Shown here in pieces: positions 38,326-49,618 of a DNA stretch of 64,000 bases (within the stretch, counting starts at the first letter, position 1; every line of letters begins with the position of its first letter). The notes under the pieces are model-generated. The model was not told the DNA's origin. It saw only the letters and a list, made by a program, of their open reading frames with translations, and did no database searches. The position numbers and the translations under genes were made by a program. Origin of the DNA: Gekko japonicus (taxonomy: Eukaryota); NCBI RefSeq assembly GCF_001447785.1, contig NW_015177015.1:396165-460164 (forward strand), read 5' to 3'.

Positions 38326-41216
38326 TTAATGCTCAGCCGAAGACAAAATGCGACGTCCCATGTCAGCCTTGCTGTTCCTTCGGACGTCAATGGCATAATG
38401 TCTGATAAAAGTATTAGGAGTGGCCCAAGTTGCAGCGTTACAGATGTCGTGCAGTGGCACTCCTTTGAGAAAGGCAGTGGATGTCACAAGAGCTCTGGTG
38501 GAATGAGCCCTGATAGGGCCAGGCAGCTGTCGTTTCGCAAGCAGGTAGCATAGCCGAATTAATTCCACTATCCACTTAGACAGTCGTTGCGATGTAACAC
38601 GACTTCCCAGTCTTGAGGACGCATATGAAACAAATAAATGCGGATCTCGTCTGGTCGGCTGCGTCCGTTGCAAGTAAAACAAGAGGGCTCTCTTAACATC
38701 CAACGTATGAAGCAGTCGGTCCTCATCCGACGTAGGGTTTGGGAAAAAATCTGGCAGTACTACTTCAGCCTGCAGATGGAATTCCGAGACAACTTTAGGT
38801 AAAAACGAGACGTCTGGCACCAAGCGAATCGCGTCCGGGAGGACGGCAAGGTAAGGTGGGTCATGCCTAAAAGCCAACAACTCTCCCACCCTCCTGGCCG
38901 ACGTGAGGGCGGTCAAGAAGGCTGTTTTCCAAGCCAGTAGGCGTAACTCACATGAAGCAAGCGGTTCAAAGGGCTTTCGAGTCGGCGCAAGACAAGGGGC
39001 AGGTCCCAGGGGACAACTGGAGATTTAACAGGAGGATAAAGTCTCAACAATCCCTTCAGAAAACGTTTAGTAACTGGATGCATGAACAGTGTGCATCCCT
39101 CAATCTGAACATGAAATGCCGATAGAGCGGCTAAGTAAACACGCAACGAGGAGTGGGAGAGTCCCGAGTCAGCTAGGGATAGTATAAACGAAAAAACTTT
39201 CTCCAGTCCAGCTGAAGCTGCGTGACGTGTATCAGTTCCCAGGAAGGAACAAAATTTCTTCCATTAACTGTCGTAATACCTTCTTGTGGACGGTTTTCTC
39301 GAATTCAATAAGACGTGAGCTATACGCGTGGAGAAGGTTGAGAAATTATTCGCCACGCCGTCAGTTTCAGTTGTTTGACGTTGTGGTGCAGAACCGGTGA
39401 GTCTGGAAGACAAAGTAGGTCTGGGGCAAAGGGAAAGTGATGAAAAGTTCCCTGAGATAGTTCCAGGAGCGTGGAGAACCAGGGCTGTCTGGGCCACCAA
39501 GGCGTCACAAGAATCACGTCTGCATTCTCTCTGAGAATTCTGCGAACCACTCTGAGTAGCAGAGGCAGGGGAGGGAACATGTAGAGATGTTGCTTGGACC
39601 AAGGATAAAGCAGACCGTCCCCTAGGGACTGTTCGTCGTAACCTCCGCGGCTGCAGAATAGACGACACTTCTTGTTCTGACTTGTGGCAAAGACGTCGAC
39701 TTGGGGAGTCCCCCACTTCTGGAAAAGAGGAAGGAGGTAACGATGGCTTATCCCCCATTCGTGTAGGCTGAGTCCAGAGCGACTTAGATGATCTGCCTGC
39801 ACGTTCAGACGTCCTGGTATGTGAGTCGCCACTAGAAAGATATTGTTGGTTCTGCAGAGGTCCCACAAATCTATTGCAAGATTGCAAAGGCGCATGGATA
39901 CCGTACCTCCTTGCCTGTTTATGTACGAGACTGCCGTGGTGTTGTCCGTCAGAATGGTAACGCACTTTCCCTCGATTAAGGGGAGGAAGCTTGTCACCGC
40001 GTGGCGAACTGCCAGAAGTTCTAAGTAATTGATGTGAGGAGCTACCATGCTTGCGTCCCACCTGTCTCCGATGGAGAAACCCATGGAGTGGGCACCCCAA
40101 CCCTTCATCGAAGCATCTGTAGTAATGGTGACTTCTGGTACTGGAGGGTGGAAAGGAGCTCCCTGGAGGAGATTTTCTGGTAGAGTCCACCACCTTACTG
40201 CATCCCTTATGTGGGCAGGAGGTGCAAGTGTTATCGCGTGAGCGTCCCAAGACGGATTGTATTTGCGTAGAAACCACAGTTGTAAGCGCCTCATCTTGAG
40301 CCTCGCGAAAACCAAGACTGCCGTCGTTGCGGCCATGAGACCTAATAGTCGTTGGATGAGGAAGGCTGTGGTCGTGGGCCCTGTGCAGAAATGTGTGGCA
40401 AGGGAAGTAATGTCCTTGGCTCTGTCTGGGGGCAGGTATGCCATACACACAGTGGAGTCCAGGATGGCCCCTATATACTGTATCCGTTGTACAGGGCAAA
40501 GATGTGATTTTTGTAGATTGACCTTCAGTCCCAGGTCGTCCAGGAGGGACAACGTGTCCGTGACGTTCAAGGTGAGAGAGTGTTCCGACGGAGCGACCAT
40601 AAGCCAGTCGTCTATGTAGGGGTAGATGGACACCCCTTTGAGACGTAGGAAAGCCGCCACTACAATCATCACCTTCGTAAACACTCAAGGGGCGCTGGAG
40701 AGGCCGAACGGAAGGGCCGTGTACTGGAAGTGTTCTTGGCCTATAGCAAACCTGAGGTATTGACGGTAAAAGGGGTGGATATTGAGGTGAAAGTATGCGT
40801 CCTGCAAATCCAGGGTAGCCATCCAGACCCTCTTGTGGAGTAGTGGTAAAATTTGTTGAAGAGAGACCATACGGAAGCGGTGATATGAAACGTAACGGTT
40901 CAATCCTCTCAGATCTAGAATAGGTCGAACTCCACCGTCTCTCTTCGGCACTGTGAAATAGCGGGAATAGAATCCCCGTCGCTGGAGGTGAGGTGGTACA
41001 GGTTCGATGGCCCCTTTTTGCAGAAGGAGGGAAACCTCTAGAAGGAGGGGGGAGGGAGGGGTGTAGACTACCACAGGAGTGTCTGGACTCTGATGGAATT
41101 GAATCTTGTAACCATGGGTCAGGATGGAAAGGACCCATTGGTCTGATGTAATGAGACTCCAGGTCTGCAGAAAAGGGAAAAGGCGGGTGGATGCTGACTC
41201 GGGACAAGGAAGTCAA
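38326..41216 (-). pseudogene. DIRS ORF3: 650-codon N-terminal region overlapping pol, followed by the tyrosine recombinase (one stop at 39264-39266, one frameshift near 38980)
   Basis: SRKPSTRRYYDS*WKKF, WDLPLVL, TSARRVGEL, FLPKV, AHSTRA, AATW, RHY: R/HxxR/W/Y catalytic set intact. Confidence 0.92.
39320..41212 (-). pseudogene. DIRS pol: reverse transcriptase, RNase H and methyltransferase-like domain, with one nonsense codon at 40685-40687
   Basis: KGAIE, RPILDLR, LDLQDAY, LPFGLSSAP*VFTK (probable CGA>TGA), YIDD, TDAS, HINYLEL, TDN, DVFA...YMFPP...PWWPRQPWF; same frame as gag. Confidence 0.93.
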
Positions 41217-41572
41217 AAACCCTGCTTAGAAGGCTTCGTTTGCTTTCCTCTCGGTGCTTGTTGTGAGGCACCAAACTTAGATTTCTGATAAGCCGGTTTC
41301 TGGCTCCCAGAATATGCATGCGGTCTCCAGCGTGATTCTGGTGATTGATGCGACGAATTGCGCCTCTGCCAAGGCCTGGACCAGGTACGTGGTCTGTGTT
41401 GTTGTCTTGAAGAAGACGACACTCCTAACGCTCTGGAAGCTTTAATACTTTTATCCAACTCCTGCAGAGTTGCGTCAGTGTTGGCGTTAAAAAGTCCTTG
41501 CCCATCGAAGGGCATATCTTCGACTTGGGCTCTAGTGTCAACTGGAAGAGAAGTACTACGCAACCAGGAATT
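41213..41572 (-). pseudogene. DIRS gag, C-terminal fragment (SWLRSTSLPVDTRAQVEDMPFDGQGLF...KQGF*)
   Basis: WLRS...EDMPFDGQGLF motif typical of vertebrate DIRS ORF1; truncated upstream of ~41572. Confidence 0.85.
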
Positions 41573-41574
41573 AG

Positions 41575-41649
41575 CTCTGCTTATAGCTGGCATCATAGCT
41601 GGCATCATTGTATTGATTGTTACTGTTGGAATCCCTCCATCCACACCAG
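41575..41649 (+). CDS. LDLRAD1: LDLRAD1 exon 3, 3' part only (ALLIAGIIAGIIVLIVTVGIPPSTP, transmembrane); 5' part replaced by DIRS sequence
   Basis: Hydrophobic run ending GIPPSTP resembles recalled human ...LVTILGLPSCTP; CAG/GTCGGT phase-1 donor joins in frame to exon 4; upstream sequence is DIRS gag with no polypyrimidine tract. Confidence 0.75.
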
Positions 41650-41749
41650 GTCGGTCAGTGCTAGCTTTTAAAACATTTTTATTATCATCAAGCCATTTCC
41701 AAGGAATAATTGTAGCAACACATTCAACATACCAAATGTTGAATGTGGG

Positions 41750-42045
41750 TGGTCTTGGTCCTTCTCTGGGATCTCTATGCCTGGAAGTGATATCATTGCC
41801 TATGGCACATTGCAGGAGACGTGCTATCATTTAAGGAAAAACGCTATGGTTTTTCCTTAAATGATTGATCATCCCCCCACACAAACAATGTGCCCTGCAC
41901 TATGACATTACCTCCGGGTGATGTCATTGCGTTGGGCATGTTGGCGCAAACACAACACTTTGGGATGGGGTTCCCCCGCCAGCTGGATCAGGGCCGGCAG
42001 ATTGGGGGTTGTGAAAGCGGGCAAACCCCTGCCCCTGGCACCCCA
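41750..42045. mobile_element. Palindromic MITE-like element (probably hAT-derived) with a central perfect 17-bp hairpin
   Basis: ATCATTTAAGGAAAAAC-GCTATG-GTTTTTCCTTAAATGAT at 41826-41865; a similar degenerate element at ~195-460. Confidence 0.55.
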
Positions 42046-42049
42046 ACTG

Positions 42050-42480
42050 TCTGGCTGCTGTGGTAAATTGCCTAAAAGTGAACAAATTTAAACTAAACCC
42101 TGAAAAGACAGAGGTGATGCTGGTTGGGAAGGTGGAGATCTTGAAGGATATGATGCTTCTCACTTTTGATGAAGTTCAGCTTGAACCACTTAAGAGCCTT
42201 TGTGTTATACTGGATCTAACTTTATTACTGGAGAAGCAAGTTAATACAGCTGCAAAAAACACTTTCTACCAACTCAAGCTAGCCCAAAAGATGGCCCTTT
42301 ACCTTGATACTGGATCTATGCACAGTAACATTGAAAGCAGACCATAGCTTCAAAAGCAAACTACTGTAATGCACTGTAGATTGGTCTCCCCTCAAAATCA
42401 GTTTGGAAACTCCAGTAGGTGCAGAATGCCGAAGTTTGGCTATTATCTGGAGCTAGATATGTATTCCATTCTGCAGTCAC
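42050..42480 (+). mobile_element. Old L2 RT fragment
   Basis: NKFKLNPEKTEVMLVG motif, ctactgtaatgcact, gcagaatgc. Confidence 0.8.
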
Positions 42481-42838
42481 TCCCTTCATGGCCTTTCAAC
42501 CTAGCCTATCTCACAAGGAGACTGTGAGGATAAAATGCAAGAAAGAACAAGTTGTGCCACCTTGAGCTCCTTAGAGGAGGAGTGGGATTAAAATGCAACA
42601 CATAGAAGTTTGTCACCTATTGTCAGGTAACACTGTGCTCCTGGTGAAATGAGCTCCATTAAACCTTGTGCTCCATTAATACTTATGCCACAACAAATGT
42701 TGTTAGACTTTAAGGTGTTATGCTATCCCTTTTTTTGTGCTACCTCTGTAGGATTTGTTGCAAGGGGTGGTGGTGGGTGGATTGATGAGATCTGATGAAA
42801 ATGTCTCTGTATCAACATTTTTCAAAATCTCTCTTCAG

Positions 42839-42976
42839 TGAATCGCTTGTGTGTCACTACCAATAATCAGACGGGCTTTTTATGTGATGACAGAGAGGCC
42901 TGCATCCCTGCCAGCCAAGTCTGTGACCAAAGAAGAAATTGTGCAAATGGGGAGGATGAGCAAGAATCATTATGTA
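42839..42976 (+). CDS. LDLRAD1: LDLRAD1 exon 4, LDLa repeat 1 (NRLCVTTNNQTGFLCDDREACIPASQVCDQRRNCANGEDEQESLC)
   Basis: AG/GTAAG bounded, 138 nt, LDL-receptor class A Cys pattern. Confidence 0.95.
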
Positions 42977-43727
42977 GTAAGAATCATATTTCACTCTGTT
43001 GGTCCATGTCACATGCCCATTTGCTCCCCAGTGTTTCTCAGAAGTTTTCTAAGGTGTCACACCATAGCAAAGACACTTAGAGAGGGAAAAAGAAAACTTG
43101 AGGGTAACGGTAAAGTTTTCTGCTTCCATTGATTGTAAGTGGTTAATTGCTGTAGCTCTTGTATGTGAATAATGAAGTTCACAGGTAGGAAAATGAATTC
43201 CTGGTCATCTGATAATTCCAACCTCAGTGAAGGTTATCGGATAAACCAGTATTCTCTGTTAGAAAATCAACATAACCATAAGACCTTTTTCCCCCCATTA
43301 GGATGTGAACTACTTTTTCACAGAACTTAAATACTTCGACATCTGCCTACCTTTGCAGGTCCCATAGCATCACCCTTGTAGTGAAAACAAAAAATGGTAA
43401 AGCCCTTTTAAAGCAAAAGACTGTCACTGGAGAGATTAAGATTAAGTTGACACAACAAGATAGTGTGAGTTACATCATCACTGACTGCTTCTCATTTTCC
43501 CCGTACAAGATGATAGGGATGATCCCTTCACATAGCCAGAACATTTCTAAGCTTGCTTTTAAAACATTTACACAAATTTAAGCTGTTTTATTATAAGAAT
43601 CCACAAGTCATTACTAATGCTATTTATGACTAATTAGTAAATTTTAAATTACTAATATTTTGTCCTCCTGCATATTATATACTGTGCTGTGGGATGGCTT
43701 AATACACTTCGGTTTCTTTTCTTGTAG

Positions 43728-43856
43728 ATGATTTGCCCAACAGCCTTCCGGGATACCTCATATTTTATTGTGGCAACCCCAGATCTTGGATCTATGCTGA
43801 CAAAAGATGTGATAGGATGAATGACTGTGGAGATTGCTCTGATGAAACAGGGACCT
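43728..43856 (+). CDS. LDLRAD1: LDLRAD1 exon 5, LDLa repeat 2 (DLPNSLPGYLIFYCGNPRSWIYADKRCDRMNDCGDCSDE)
   Basis: TAG/GTAAGT bounded, 129 nt. Confidence 0.95.
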
Positions 43857-44717
43857 GTAAGTTCCTTCTCTATGAGGCATGCAAACTATATTTATGTGAT
43901 ACATGTGATGTGCTGGGCAGATAGTCTGGTAGGGTGGAGTTACTTTTTTGCCTGTTTTCTTAATTTACAGAGAATCTTTTCATTTATGTTCTGCCTTTTC
44001 ATGTTTAATGCATGGGGAAGGACCTGCCTCTTTCAAGGACTGCAACAAGCTCTAGGTGCTCTGTACCACTTTCTCGCTGCTGAAGGCACACAAAAGGAAC
44101 TGCTACCTGGCAGTTGCTTCTACTACCTGTAATAGCACATGGTATTATAACAACTGGTATTCTGCTTCCCTTATTCTGTATGTAGGCTGAGAGCCGTCCA
44201 GTAATATCTACTCATTAAGAAATCTTTAGAAGTGATCTCTGGAGTCAAAATTTGAGAGGGGGCTGTTGAAATATTGAAAGAATAACTTCAGCAGAATACA
44301 GTAACCCTTATTTGCAGTGTTTTCTTGAGAATCTGGTGAAATATTTTTTATGTTCAGTGCCTAATTTCTTTCCCCCATAGAAACCAAATTGCCTTGCTAC
44401 TCCTCTGCTGTAGTTTTTACAATCTGTGTTAACGCCGGCACACTCCAAATTTTATTTCATATTAAATAGTAGTTGCAGTAGCCAAAGTGACTTCAGGCAA
44501 AAAAGATCAGAGATTATGTGTGAAAGGTGGAATTTTGGCTGTTGAAGCTTGTCATAATAGGAACTAGAAAAACAGCTGCTATTGAAAATGTGTCTTCTAT
44601 GGAATAACAAAAGTGTAGGACTTCTTTTGCAAGAGGGCCATTTTTTGGCCAATATAAGGGTGGAATGTAACATTAGGGAGAGAAACAGTACATCAGTGAC
44701 TTTTCTTTTCATGCCAG

Positions 44718-44866
44718 GGGCCAGTTGTACTCCTTGTGGGCCTCAGTGGTGGAGCTGCACCATGGTAGTCTTCCATGCTTACTGTGCCTGCATTCCCAGG
44801 AGTCTTTGCAACGATGGAGTACAGCACTGTTCGGACTGGTCTGATGAATATGTCTGCTCGAGATAA
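44718..44866 (+). CDS. LDLRAD1: LDLRAD1 last exon, LDLa repeat 3 (...CGPQWWSC...QHCSDWSDEYVCSR*)
   Basis: CAG acceptor, TAA stop, conserved QHCSDWSDEY. Confidence 0.95.
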
Positions 44867-46011
44867 GCAGCCCAGGACTGGAAACTCTCAGAAGAGAATG
44901 GGAAGAATCCATCAAATATGGTTGCTGTGTGACCTCCATTAATTTTGGATTTTATGGGAAAAGTGGAACACTGCTCCTTGCACTACCACAATTATTTGAA
45001 CTTGATTTTTTCCCCTGTGAGTGAGTGTAAGAGGCTCTGCTTATAAACTTCGGTGGCTCTTGGGAACACTGCATAGGCTTGATGTTAAGGGAGAAGGAAT
45101 CTGGCTTTATGAATCTCACGGAGTTGAACCAGTTGCTGGTTTGTAATGCAGACCCTGCAAAACCTTGATTCTTAAAATCTTAATGACAGGAACTTTAACA
45201 AAAAAGATTATTAGCAAGGATAATACATCAAGCAACATCCATTCTTTCAGTCACAATCTGATCCTATGAGTGACTGCTGCATAAGTACTCGCAGCGTACT
45301 AGTCAACATCTTATTTCTAGTATTATGAGGTCAGTGACAATTAACTGTGATTAATTATGCTTTGCTGGTTATACTTCCTGCTCACTGCCCTTTTCCACAA
45401 TTGTCTGTGGATTCTTGGATGCTTTAGGTCAGGCTTCTAAGAGCAATTATACCAGTATATTTTATGGTCAATGTGTGATGGCAATTTCTTTGGTATTTGA
45501 TGCACTGGGACACCTCCATTCATTTCATGATGTTGAATTCAAGCAACAGTCCTTGTACCCATCTGATTAACTTTCTGCCTTGCATAGCAGACAAAAAGAT
45601 CACCGTATCTTAAAACTCTTGTCCTAATGCAGGCGATATGACCAGAAATTAGTAATCTATTATGTAAAATGACACATTTTGTTGGTGTTTGTAGCTAGGA
45701 TGCAACTGTTTAAGAAGAGCTTTGTGTGACTCATAATTTTTATCTAGAAGAGAACTGTAAACTTGGTCTTATGTAATGGAAGTATTGTATGAAGCTATAT
45801 CCAATAACAGATCCTTCCTACCATAGCCTATCAGACAAAAATGGACTTGCCTATAGTCATGTAATGTTGATGGTGCAATAGATAAATATTTACAAGCTAT
45901 TAATTGCCTTAGCAAATACTTTGTATTTTGCAGCACAAACGATGGAAGTGTTTAAACACTGTTGGATGGCAGATAAAAGTTAGAAGTCATGCTTACTAGA
46001 TTGAGAATCAC

Positions 46012-46326
46012 TTCTTCTTGTTCAGTCGCACAGTCGAGTCTGACTCTTTGCGACCCCATGGACCACATCACGGCAGGCCCTTCTGTCTTCCGTCGTGCTC
46101 AGGAGTTTGCTTAATTTCATATTCGTTGCCTTGATAACACTGTCTAACCATCTCATCCTTTGTCGTCCCCTTCTTCTTTGACCTTCAATCTTTCCCAGCA
46201 TCAGGGTCTTCTCCAGTGAGTGCTCCCTTCTCATTTGGTGGCCAAAGTATTTGAGTTTCAGCTTCAGTATCTGGCCTTCCAGGGAACAGTCAGGGTTGAT
46301 TTCTTTTAGGATTGACTGATTTGATG
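46012..46326 (-). mobile_element. BovB (RTE) LINE 3' end
   Basis: SLEKTLMLGKIEGQRRRGRQRMRWLDS...VHGVAKSQTRL and CTGAACAAGAAG tail. Confidence 0.92.
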
Positions 46327-46424
46327 ATCACTATAACATCATATTAAGTACGTCATTGTTTAAGTAACTGAAACATAGTGACTTTAAGACAAACAAATCT
46401 ATTCTGGTATAAGTTTCATGAGCC

Positions 46425-46905
46425 AGAGTTTTGACTGGAGTAGGTCATAGGGACCATATCACTTCAGTCTTGTTCCATCTACTGTGGCTTCCAATTTGCT
46501 TCCTGGTTCAATTCAGGATGCTGGTATTGATGTTTAAAGCCCTGTACAGCTTGGGACCAACATACTTTAAGGACCACCTTCTCCATACAAACCTACATGC
46601 TCACTCTGGTCATCTTCAGAGGCCCTGAAGCTAGGTACGTGGCAACCTAAGAGACTTTGGAACTCCCTCCCCCGGGAGATTCACCTGTCTCCCTCTATCA
46701 GTGTCTTTCACCAGCAGGTGAAGTCTTCTTTGTTTTGTCTGGCATACCCTCAATTATGATTATTGGTCTTCCTTCTGGCATTGTTTGTATGTTTTTAACT
46801 GAATTTTATAATTTTAACTATGTTTTGTCTAAATGTTAATGTATCTTATGTTCAACACCTCGTGGATCCTGATTGGATGGAAAGGCCACATTAAAAATAT
46901 TTTAA
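46425..46905 (+). mobile_element. Old L2 3' fragment
   Basis: RDHITSVLFHLLWLPICFLVQFRMLVLMFKAL motif. Confidence 0.8.
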
Positions 46906-47523
46906 ATAAAATATGTACTTGAAAAATTCTCCAATATGACTTTGTAAATTTTAATGGCTTCTTGAAGATTAAATATGTTCCAACAGAGAGAGAATGTTAC
47001 AGTCAGTTATTGGGTAAGGGAGAGCCTTCTCTCTTCTCCAAATGTTTAGGGGAGCATGGATGAAGGGGGATTTCCAGTTTGTCTCTCCTTTCCTATGATT
47101 CCTCATGGGCCCTCAGCTTATGGACTTCTAATGTAGATCTCAGGTGACCTCTTTATTACTTTAAGGGGAGGAGGATATAGGCAACTAGTCAATGAATCAG
47201 TGTTATATGAATAGTAGTAACACTTTGATTTCTCATAACAACTAATGTTTTGATTTCTCATCTCATTTTCCTATAAGAAATATTTCAAGATCAGCTAACA
47301 ATGGACATTTGTGTACCTCAGACCATTAGCTGTGCAATCCTAAACAGTTACGCCTTTCTTAGCCAGTTTACTTCAGTGGACTTAGAAAGGTACTTAACAT
47401 GTTTCAAATGGCTGAAAGCATGTATGTACCTCATTAAAAGTGTGTGTGAGAGAAATCACATTTAGCAGTAAGTGTTCATCCCTTAAATCTTGTATTTATT
47501 TTGATATATCCATTTTTTTTTAA

Positions 47524-47864
47524 GGAGCTGCGGAGGCTCAAGTGGTTAAGACACTGAACTGCAGGCTGTGGAAGGTCAGTAGTTCGAGACCCGAGTTGCC
47601 GCATGACGGAGTGAGCTCCCGTCTCTAGTTCCAGCTCCTGCCAACCTAGCAGTTCGAAAGCAAGAAATTGCAAGTAGATAAATAGGTACCACTTTGGTGG
47701 GAAGGTAACAGCGTTCCGTGCACCTTGGTGTTTAGTCATGCCGGCCACATGAACACGGAAACGTCTTCGGACAGCACTGGCTCTTCGGCTTTGAAACGGA
47801 GATGAGCACCGCAACCCTAGAGTCAGACTCGACTGGCTTTCGAGCAAGGGAACCTTTACCTTTA
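47524..47864 (+). mobile_element. Sauria SINE, full length
   Basis: tRNA-like head, gccaacctagcagttcgaaagc / gtagataaataggtacc core, (ACCTTT)n tail, flanked by a repeated ATCCATTTTT. Confidence 0.9.
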
Positions 47865-48716
47865 TCCATTTTTGAGGCCTGGTCACCTTTTATAACACTA
47901 TGGAAAATGTGATTTCCCCCCCATGGGTGGGAGTCTTTCTCTACTTTACATTGCTATGAAATAAATTCACAAATTCTCTTCACCAACCTTATGCCACATG
48001 CTCACCTTCACATTGGTAGATGAACAGAAAAAGTCTGTTCTAATATAAATCCATTTTAGCTTATTTAGTTACATCTTAATGTGGTTTACAGGCGGTCAAT
48101 GACACTATAGATAAATGCCTTACAGGAATATGTGACAAATATAAAATGATATCAGTGTAGCTTCTCAGTTCCAATTTTTTATTGCTGTATCTTAGAAATG
48201 TTAACAAAAACAGGGCGAACCACACTAAGCAACAGTCCTTTTCTGTCATTATGGCTTCGTTTAGGCAAGTTAAGACACAGTGGTTCACCACTAGCTGAGA
48301 CAAGCACCAAATGATTGCTTGAATCAGTAAAAATAGTCATGAATGTTCAATTACAGGCATCAGACTTTCATATTTAACACCTCAAGAAGTGTGTTTCACA
48401 ACAGAGAACCTTCATCCATTTCAACTGTAAGTCAGTGATGTACAGTTGTGTGAATCAGCCCTTTGACATAAGAGTATGGCGAGGAATCTTCTGAACTGAA
48501 CCTATTTCATATTAGCCAAAAGGTGACTGTTTATTGAAAAAATTAGGGCTCATTTCAGAAGTGGAATGAGCTCATCACTTGTCTGAGAATCTTGTTCTTT
48601 TACACTAAAGGTAGAAACAGTTTGTCATATTACTAGGATAGATATTTCAATCCCATAGTTTATTTTTTAAAAATGGTTTTGACATTTGTATGGATCTTGT
48701 AATTTTGCCATCAGAA

Positions 48717-48970
48717 TCAATAAGAATTTAATAAGTCCCAGTCTTCCATCAAGAGGCCCAAATGCTTTGCTTTTAAGTTCTGGTCTTTGGGTTTAGGTGA
48801 AGGAGTCCTTTTCTTCTGTAATTCTTCATTATCTTCAGTCTTCTTTTTTAGTAAAGGCAAATTGCACACCTGTGCTCTTCTCTTGTAAAACTGTAAGTTC
48901 TCACAAGTCTTTCTATGCCCTCCTTCTAGAGGGGACTCACAAGGTTCTTCGGCCCTGGCTCTTTTTCCAT
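48717..48970 (-). CDS. LRRC42: LRRC42 last exon (YGKRARAEEP...EDWDLLNSY*)
   Basis: CAG acceptor, conserved C-terminus EDWDLLNSY; total CDS 1254 nt = 417 aa; minus-strand AATAAA at 48535-48530. Confidence 0.95.
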
Positions 48971-49533
48971 CTGCAAAAAAAGATGTCATGAAGTACCAAG
49001 AATTACTGTAACGTCTATACATTTTCAGCCCTATTGTGGCCTATATTAAGAGCTTCAGGTCTCAGACCAAGATCTGATGAAGCTATTTCAGAGCACTGGG
49101 GGAGCCAATTGCATGCATAGTCATGGCTTTCTTTCAGTTTTCCAGACTGCTGTAAAGGACACAAGGCACAAGCCTAAGCAGCTGTAATCAGAAGTAAGTC
49201 CCATGTTGTTCAATGGGGCTTAGTCCCAAGAAAGTGTTCTTAAGAGTGCAACCACAAGCTAGTATTCATTTTCAAAAGTAGACTGCCTCTTCAGCTTTGG
49301 GACTTGTGGGGGGGTGTCAAATAATTTGTTCAAAATTAAGCCTAAACAGATTCTTTGGAGTGCAGTTTCAGTGGTCTGTATCCTGTCACTCCACTCAGCA
49401 AAGTCTGAAGCCTTTCTCTAACTTAAGTGGCTCTTCCACTGGACTGGTAAGGCAGTGAACAATATACATCCTCTTCTTCATAAACCAATAAAATGGCCTT
49501 AGCATACAAACAAATCCTTATGAAGGTACATAC

Positions 49534-49618
49534 AGAAATGCTGGACTGCTGCTCTAGATTTCAAGCTTCTTTGTGGATTAATTCCTTCTTGCATGATGTG
49601 CTCCCATTGCAAAACTGT
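49534..49618 (-). CDS. LRRC42: LRRC42 coding exon 6 (TVLQWEHIMQEGINPQRSLKSRAAVQHF)
   Basis: TAG/GTATGT bounded, 85 nt, VLQWE motif. Confidence 0.92.

Larger units (their letters stand above)
37933..41572 (-). mobile_element. DIRS1-type tyrosine-recombinase retrotransposon, 5'-truncated, young but inactivated
   Basis: Gag C-terminus, RT (YIDD), RNase H, Dam-like methyltransferase domain, tyrosine recombinase, internal complementary region and right terminal repeat; few disabling lesions. Confidence 0.95.

Noticed and set aside
41358-41834. 158-aa plus-strand ORF and 205-aa minus-strand ORF (41213-41830) as standalone genes
   Set aside because: Both are chimeric reading frames across the DIRS / LDLRAD1 exon 3 / intron junction.
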